The position numbers and the translations under genes are program-made. Positions 30,172 to 35,473 of a stretch of DNA of 35,473 nucleotides are shown piece after piece. The number at the start of each line of letters is the position of its first letter. Within the stretch, counting starts at the first letter, position 1. This DNA is from a bacterium (GTDB lineage Bacteria > Bacteroidota > Bacteroidia > Bacteroidales > UBA932). The notes beneath the pieces were generated by a model that ran no database searches, was not told where the DNA came from, and worked only from the letters and a program-made list of their open reading frames with translations. The stretch spans positions 1 to 35,473 of the forward strand of contig SFUD01000001.1 in NCBI GenBank assembly GCA_004561775.1, in the 5' to 3' direction.

Positions 30172-31255
30172 GACTGAAAAGAGGCTCATCTTTGCTGCCA
30201 TTGACCAATCTCTTGAAAGCAACATTGTGCTGCCTACGGAGATTAAGGCAAAGGGCAAGGATATGGTATCTTGGGGAGATAGGAATAACTACCCGGACTA
30301 CCTGTTAAGCCTGTACAACAATGTGACATCCCTGCGCTCTATTATCAACGGCACAATTGACTTTGTGGTGGGAGATGGTGCGACCATTGCTCACACCCTA
30401 CAGGGAGATGCAATGAATGATAAGGGAGATACCATCATTGACCTCATCAAGAGTCTTGCCAAGGATTACCTCATATATGGAGGTATGGCCCTGCAGGTTG
30501 TCCGGGGAGAGGACCTTGAGACAATATCTGCACTCTATTATGTGGATATGCGCTATCTGCGTAGCAACAAGGAGAATGATGTATTTTACTACTCCGAGGA
30601 ATTTGGCCAAAAGTATGTCAAGACCGATAAGGTGGTGGCTTATCCCAAGTTCATCCCCGGAGCGCAGCACCCTGCCTCTATCATCTTTGTCAAGAATGTC
30701 AATACACAGGTATACCCTGCACCTCTCTATGCTGCATCCGTAAAGGCCTGCGAGATTGAGAGGAATATAGATGACTACCATCTTAACTCCATACACAATG
30801 GCTTTTCTGGCTCATATATCATCAATTTCAACAATGGTGTGCCATCGGATGCCATTAAGGAGGAGATAGAAAGAGATGTCAATACCAAGTTCGCAGGTGC
30901 GCAGAATGCAGGCAGGATTGTCCTGTCATTCAATGACTCCAAGGACTCGCAAACTACCATACAAAAGGCCGAACTGCAGGACTTTGGAGAGAAATATCAA
31001 GCACTTGCCAAGCACTCAAGGCAGCAGATATTTACTGCGTTCCGTGCAACCCCTAATCTGTTCGGTATACCTACCGAGACCACAGGTTTTAGTGAGCAGG
31101 AGTTTAAGGAGTCTTTCCGCCTGTACAACCGCACTATGGTGAAACCTATCCAAGTGCTTATTGCCGATATGTTTGAGAAAGCCTTGGGAGAAAAGGGAGT
31201 CCTGTCAATCACTCCATTCACCCTTGATGGTACAGGCGAGGACAATGTAAGATAA
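30161..31255 (+). CDS. Portal protein.
   Basis: 364 aa. VSWGDRNNYPDYLLSLYNNVTSLRSIINGTIDFVVGDG matches the portal-family N-terminal region (wG.dN.yP..l..l...s..h.aii). Confidence 0.65.
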   Translation: MENKTEKRLIFAAIDQSLESNIVLPTEIKAKGKDMVSWGDRNNYPDYLLSLYNNVTSLRSIINGTIDFVVGDGATIAHTLQGDAMNDKGDTIIDLIKSLAKDYLIYGGMALQVVRGEDLETISALYYVDMRYLRSNKENDVFYYSEEFGQKYVKTDKVVAYPKFIPGAQHPASIIFVKNVNTQVYPAPLYAASVKACEIERNIDDYHLNSIHNGFSGSYIINFNNGVPSDAIKEEIERDVNTKFAGAQNAGRIVLSFNDSKDSQTTIQKAELQDFGEKYQALAKHSRQQIFTAFRATPNLFGIPTETTGFSEQEFKESFRLYNRTMVKPIQVLIADMFEKALGEKGVLSITPFTLDGTGEDNVR

Positions 31256-31264
31256 GGAGGCAGT

Positions 31265-31855
31265 ATGAAAGTACAACTTATAACATCCGAGTCCTTTGTT
31301 AAGGCGGTAACAAGCATATCCGACAATATTGCCGGAAAGTACCTCCTGCCATCAATCACCGAGGCGCAGGAAATACACCTCAAGGCTATCCTTGGGGATA
31401 CCCTCCTCGCCAAACTCAAGTACCTTATAGCCAACAATGGTTTCCGGGGTGATTTCGGCCCTGCGGAGGATGCTGACTACAATAAGGACTACTCCACCAC
31501 CAAGGGAGGGCCAAATGAGCATTATCGCACCCTCATCACCAAGTGCCAATACTACCTTGCCTACAAGAGTGTGGCGGAACTTACCGCCAAGGTGACATAT
31601 AAGGTCACCAATTTTGGCGTAGGCAAGAGCAATGATGAGAATATCCAAACGGCCTCCTATGATGAGATGGTCAAGATGAGGGATTACTACATCTCCAAGG
31701 CGGATTTCTTCTGCATTGAGGTGCAAAACTACTTGTTGAACAATCGCACCCTGTTCCCGGAACTGACCGAGGGTGACATCCACCGCATACATAGTTGCCT
31801 GTATAGTGCAGCCTCGTGCGGCCTGTGGTTGGGAGGGCCAAGAGGTAGAAAATGA
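31265..31855 (+). CDS. Head-tail connector/adaptor-like protein (tentative).
   Basis: 196 aa. ISDNIAGKYLLPSITEAQEIHLKAILGDTLLAKL resembles gp6-like adaptor N-termini. Located after the portal gene. Confidence 0.35.
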   Translation: MKVQLITSESFVKAVTSISDNIAGKYLLPSITEAQEIHLKAILGDTLLAKLKYLIANNGFRGDFGPAEDADYNKDYSTTKGGPNEHYRTLITKCQYYLAYKSVAELTAKVTYKVTNFGVGKSNDENIQTASYDEMVKMRDYYISKADFFCIEVQNYLLNNRTLFPELTEGDIHRIHSCLYSAASCGLWLGGPRGRK

Positions 31856-32295
31856 CACTCCTTGAGACCATACGCACCATTGAGAGGGTAGCCGCAGCAC
31901 AACCTGCGGTCAATATGATTGTTGAGAATGATGTATTCAAACTCAACGCCTGCCCGGATGCCCTTTATGGAGTCTTTGCCTTTGTGCAGGGGCAGCACTC
32001 TGGAGACATCTCCTCCGATTTCATCTCCTACAATTTCACCCTGTTCTATGTAGACCGCCTTACCTCTGCCAAGGACAACCAGATAGAGGTGCAAAGCACA
32101 GGGGTGCAGGTTCTTGACAATATCATCCGCATCTTGCAGGATGAGGGGATAATGGCCACCCCATACTCATTCCAACCTTTTAACCAGAGGTTTAACGATG
32201 AGTGTGCAGGTGTGTTCTGCAATGTGACATTTGAGGTCCTCAATGCTCCTTGTGGCGAGACCTTTACTGACAATAACAATATCAAGATTATCTAA
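31852..32295 (+). CDS. Hypothetical virion protein (147 aa).
   Basis: ATGA coupling with the upstream gene. Confidence 0.5.
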   Translation: MTLLETIRTIERVAAAQPAVNMIVENDVFKLNACPDALYGVFAFVQGQHSGDISSDFISYNFTLFYVDRLTSAKDNQIEVQSTGVQVLDNIIRILQDEGIMATPYSFQPFNQRFNDECAGVFCNVTFEVLNAPCGETFTDNNNIKII

Positions 32296-32296
32296 T

Positions 32297-34015
32297 ATGG
32301 CAGATTTCTCAACACTCAAATCGCAAGTTGCTGCGGTTGTCCGGGCCAACGGCCTGCAGGACATCAAGGGGTCAAACCTGCAAGAGCAACTCTTTAACAT
32401 CATTGACACGATGAATGCGAGCAAGGTGGATGTGGAGGCAGGAAAGGGCCTCTCAACCAATGACCTCACCACCGCCCTTGTCAATGCCATCACCTCCGCA
32501 GTTCAGCCTGCAGAACTCGCATCTGCAATTGCTGCCGCAGTTGCCTCCTATGTAGCAAAGGCGGATATTGTGGCTATCACAGGTAGCGCAACGGACAAGG
32601 TGATGAGCCAAAAGGCAGTCACCGACAATCTCGCACTCAAGGCTAACAAGGCGGATTATGTAGCCAAGACTGACATTGTGGCAACCGAGGGGTCAAGCGG
32701 CACAAAGGTGATGTCACAGGCTATTGTCACCAACCGCCTTGCCGCAAAGGCTAACGCCTCCGATGTCTATACCAAGGCAGAGGTGGACACCTCCCTTGCA
32801 GGGAAAATGGACACCAATGGCGCATACACCAAGGCCGAGACCCTGGGACTCCTCGCCTCCAAGGCCAATACGGATGATGTGTACACCAAGAATGCGGTGG
32901 ACAACCTCCTCCTGTCAAAAGCATCACAGGCAGGACTTGATGCGGAGGCCGAATTGAGGGCCAATGCGGATGCTGCCCTCAACACCGCAGTTGCTGCCAA
33001 GGCTAACTCTGCGGATGTCTATACCAAGGCACAGGCAGATGCCATAACCAATGCCCTTACCGATAACCTGTCACGCATCCTCCGAGACTTTGGTATGTAC
33101 CCCAACCCAACGGAGTATGTGCTTGTGGTAGGTGTGAGTGGCAAATACATTGACAAGGACTCCGCCCTTGAGGTGGCCAATGGCAACTACTCCATCTCGC
33201 AGCCTATCTCGCTGAAAGCAGGGGACATCTTGCTCGTGCCATCTGCCTCTGCAGTCGCAGCCGCCTGTTCGGTAGTGTCCAAGAAAGTGACCAATACCTA
33301 TGACAAGGTTATCATCTACGCATACACCTACGATGAGTTTGGCAGGATTAACACCGCCACCGCAGACTATAACCCCTCATTGGTCTACACCGCATACTAT
33401 GAGTCCGATGAGCAGACCACCCCTACCAATTGGATAAGGGGCGGAGAACACATCGCAGAACTCCCGGAGACCCACGAGGTCACCGAGTCATTCTATGAGC
33501 CTCTTGTCAAGCAGAGTGTGGCAGGTATGCCGGATACAGGATACTATGTATACCTCGCATCACAGGCAATGGATGTGGTAGTGTCTGCATACAACGCCAC
33601 CATCAACGGAGGTCACGCCATCATTGCAGGTTGGGGCATTTTTAAGAATATTGCCACCAATTTTGTGGGCATTGACAAGCAGAGGGTTATTGCCGAGGCC
33701 ATTGCTGCCCTCTTTGCGCAGGTTGAGGGTATCAACGAGAAACTCACCAACGGCCTTGACCGCCTATCCGTTAAGCACCTGCACATTGACAGGGAACTCT
33801 CTGGACTCAATATCGCAGGGACATTCTGCCTGCAGGGCGCAGGCGTTCCATCTGCATCCGTAGTACCTGTCAATTGGGACTTTGGGCGGTATGGTGATTG
33901 GAAAGGCATTCCGCAGTTCATTGGACAGGAATACTTTGACACTATTGACAAGGTATTCTACAAGGCTCACGGAGTGACTGCCGTATCCGATTGGAAACGA
34001 ATAACAAACGCATAG
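32297..34015 (+). CDS. Tail fiber protein with repeated KA(N/D)..DVYTKAE.D motifs.
   Basis: ATG 32297 lies 2 nt after the upstream TAA; the track start at 32231 overlaps the previous gene. Repeats include KANASDVYTKAEVD, KANTDDVYTKNAVD, KANSADVYTKAQAD and the duplicated KADIVAITGSATDKVMSQKAV / KTDIVATEGSSGTKVMSQAIV. Confidence 0.8.
   Translation: MADFSTLKSQVAAVVRANGLQDIKGSNLQEQLFNIIDTMNASKVDVEAGKGLSTNDLTTALVNAITSAVQPAELASAIAAAVASYVAKADIVAITGSATDKVMSQKAVTDNLALKANKADYVAKTDIVATEGSSGTKVMSQAIVTNRLAAKANASDVYTKAEVDTSLAGKMDTNGAYTKAETLGLLASKANTDDVYTKNAVDNLLLSKASQAGLDAEAELRANADAALNTAVAAKANSADVYTKAQADAITNALTDNLSRILRDFGMYPNPTEYVLVVGVSGKYIDKDSALEVANGNYSISQPISLKAGDILLVPSASAVAAACSVVSKKVTNTYDKVIIYAYTYDEFGRINTATADYNPSLVYTAYYESDEQTTPTNWIRGGEHIAELPETHEVTESFYEPLVKQSVAGMPDTGYYVYLASQAMDVVVSAYNATINGGHAIIAGWGIFKNIATNFVGIDKQRVIAEAIAALFAQVEGINEKLTNGLDRLSVKHLHIDRELSGLNIAGTFCLQGAGVPSASVVPVNWDFGRYGDWKGIPQFIGQEYFDTIDKVFYKAHGVTAVSDWKRITNA
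32558..33058 (+). repeat. Intragenic tandem fiber repeats.
   Basis: Nucleotide-level recurrences such as gatgtctataccaaggc (about 32761 and 33013) and aaggctaac. Confidence 0.6.
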
Positions 34016-34019
34016 AACT

Positions 34020-35420
34020 ATGGCAAATCTATTTTTGTACAAGAATAAGGCAGGGTACAACTCTGCAACTGACCGACCTGCGCAGCAGAGTTCGGTGTCC
34101 TATGATGGGCAGGAGACCATTGTAGATGGCAAGAATGTCATTCTGCCTTTCAAACCCGCTAACGCCCAGATGGGTGATATGGTGGTATATGATACCATTG
34201 ACAACTGCCGCAAGATACTCAAGTGGAAAACCTACCACGCAGGTACTTTTGACTCCTCAAGGTATATTATGGGTAAGGCCCTGTACTTTGGGGCGCAGAA
34301 TGGCAAGGGCATCTGGGCGGGTATTGAGAATGCAGTAAGTGCATCCAAGATGTGGGCAGAGAAATGCTATTTCCGCCTTACAGGCATCAATGTGTCTGCC
34401 GCAGGCTCATTCACTTTCAAGACCTACTACTCTTGGGCATCTCATCCAGACAATGTTGTCTCTTGGGATGCAGGCGCAACCCTCGCATCTATTGTTGCCA
34501 CCATCAACGGCCTTGGCCTGTCTGCCTCCTATTTCAAGGCTGCGGTCCTCGCGGATGGTACAGGTATCGGTATCTGGGTGAACTACCCTACTACTGATAA
34601 TGTCTCCGCAATATTCTCCATCACCGCAGGTGGGGAGGGTATCAATGTGGAGTATATGAACAAGTACAACGGACAGGATGTGGTATGGCAATATGTTACC
34701 ACCTCTACCATCATTCCGGGCAGGACTCCTGCCAAGAATGTACTGCGCAGGAATGGCCTGTCTACATATTGGGGAGGCGGCCACTTTGCCAAGTTTGTGG
34801 ACTATTATGGTACAAATGGCAAGGCGGAATACGCCCCGGAGACATCTAATGACCCTATGAACAGGGCCACATTCAACGCCCTTGCCGAGTCCTTGGTTGA
34901 GGCAGAAAAGGCCCTCTATGACAAGTACAATGGTTCATATGAGGAGTATATTGAGGGCGCAATGGTCCTCTGCGATACCGCAAGGGATATTATGGGTGTC
35001 TCATACGATGATGCCTCCTACCAGACTGCCCTACTTGGACAGGTGATGACCAAGGACTATGACAACAATGTCATCCCGGCATTCCCTGCCGCCTACTACG
35101 CCCATATCTATGGAGTCAATGCCGCAGTACCTACAGGCTTTGAGACAGGCAAGTGGGGACTCCCTACCACCTACCAGATGGTGAAACTCATTGAGTTGGT
35201 AGGCCTCAACGCCAATAACAAAACGGATTTCAACAGGGCCATTGACAAGTTCAATGCTGCAGGAAATTTCTATGGTAGCGGATACTATTTCTGGACTTGT
35301 GCGGAGTATTCGGCCGGCGGCTCGTTCAATTACGGTGGCGACTATGGCTTTTTGTACATTGACCCTAAGTATGGTACTTATAGTGTGCGCCCGGTCCTTG
35401 CTCTTGAATGGGATGCTTAA
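34020..35420 (+). CDS. DGR target protein: receptor-binding or adhesin protein with a C-terminal DUF1566/C-type-lectin-fold variable domain.
   Basis: 466 aa, immediately after the tail fiber. The C-terminus GKWGLPTTYQMVKLIEL...YYFWTCAEYSAGGSFNYGGDYGFLYIDPKYGTYSVRPVLALEW follows the DUF1566 pattern (W.LP...EL..L ... YWS....... VR.V). The VR occupies the last 125 nt. Confidence 0.85.
   Translation: MANLFLYKNKAGYNSATDRPAQQSSVSYDGQETIVDGKNVILPFKPANAQMGDMVVYDTIDNCRKILKWKTYHAGTFDSSRYIMGKALYFGAQNGKGIWAGIENAVSASKMWAEKCYFRLTGINVSAAGSFTFKTYYSWASHPDNVVSWDAGATLASIVATINGLGLSASYFKAAVLADGTGIGIWVNYPTTDNVSAIFSITAGGEGINVEYMNKYNGQDVVWQYVTTSTIIPGRTPAKNVLRRNGLSTYWGGGHFAKFVDYYGTNGKAEYAPETSNDPMNRATFNALAESLVEAEKALYDKYNGSYEEYIEGAMVLCDTARDIMGVSYDDASYQTALLGQVMTKDYDNNVIPAFPAAYYAHIYGVNAAVPTGFETGKWGLPTTYQMVKLIELVGLNANNKTDFNRAIDKFNAAGNFYGSGYYFWTCAEYSAGGSFNYGGDYGFLYIDPKYGTYSVRPVLALEWDA
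35296..35406 (+). repeat. DGR variable repeat (VR).
   Basis: Ungapped 111-nt alignment to TR 579-689 with 90 identities. All 21 differences correspond to A in TR. The invariant GC-rich 3-prime end gtgcgcccggtcc is IMH-like. Confidence 0.93.
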
Positions 35421-35473
35421 ATCCTTAACCTTTCACCCCTGCGCCTTGAAAGCGCAGGGGATATAAAACCAAT
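35375..35473. repeat. Second copy of the terminal overlap (= 1-99).
   Basis: Exact 99-nt identity with the window start. Confidence 0.95.
35436..35460 (+). promoter_or_regulatory. Hairpin 30 nt downstream of VR (DGR target-site structural element candidate).
   Basis: cccctgcgc / cttgaaa / gcgcagggg. No U-tract, and the essential lysis genes lie downstream in the same orientation. Confidence 0.6.

Noticed and set aside
1-35473. CRISPR arrays, tRNA or rRNA genes, transposases and IS elements.
   Set aside because: I found no regularly spaced direct repeats, no recognisable tRNA T-arm or anticodon-arm pattern, and no transposase-like ORF by eye. A tRNAscan or Infernal run would be needed to exclude small RNAs formally.

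Overview
This window is one complete, circularly closed temperate tailed-phage or prophage genome. Bases 1-99 are identical to 35375-35473, so the unique length is 35374 bp. All convincing genes except one lie on the + strand. The TAnnTTTG-type promoters, the lack of Shine-Dalgarno sites and the DUF1566-like adhesin domain point to a Bacteroidota host; this is inference. Going round the circle, the modules are:
- DGR cassette: Avd 108-536, template repeat 579-689, reverse transcriptase up to 1939.
- Lysis cassette, 2207-3632.
- Accessory region of small unknown genes with their own promoters and hairpins, 3820-6532.
- Promoter plus terminator unit that may be a small RNA, 6521-6622.
- attP-like repeats and tyrosine integrase, 6633-8148.
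- Minus-strand XRE repressor and switch region, 8325-8836.
- Recombination and replication module (ERF, Gp157-like, replication initiator with internal iterons, SSB, MazG, RuvC-like), 9743-14740.
- Sigma-factor-like gene pair, 14766-15372.
- Terminase, 16993-18662.
- Virion module, 18659-34015.
- DGR target gene, 34020-35420, carrying the variable repeat at 35296-35406.

The headline feature is a textbook but intact diversity-generating retroelement. TR and VR differ at 21 positions, and every one is an adenine in TR. Other observations worth follow-up:
- A candidate sRNA whose unpaired segment is the reverse complement of a leader motif upstream of about 9 phage start codons.
- A conserved late-operon motif (5 copies) next to a split sigma-like gene.
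- A T9 slippery run linking two overlapping ORFs.
- Origin-like iterons inside the replication gene.

All functional calls come from reading the translated ORFs by eye. No database search was run.
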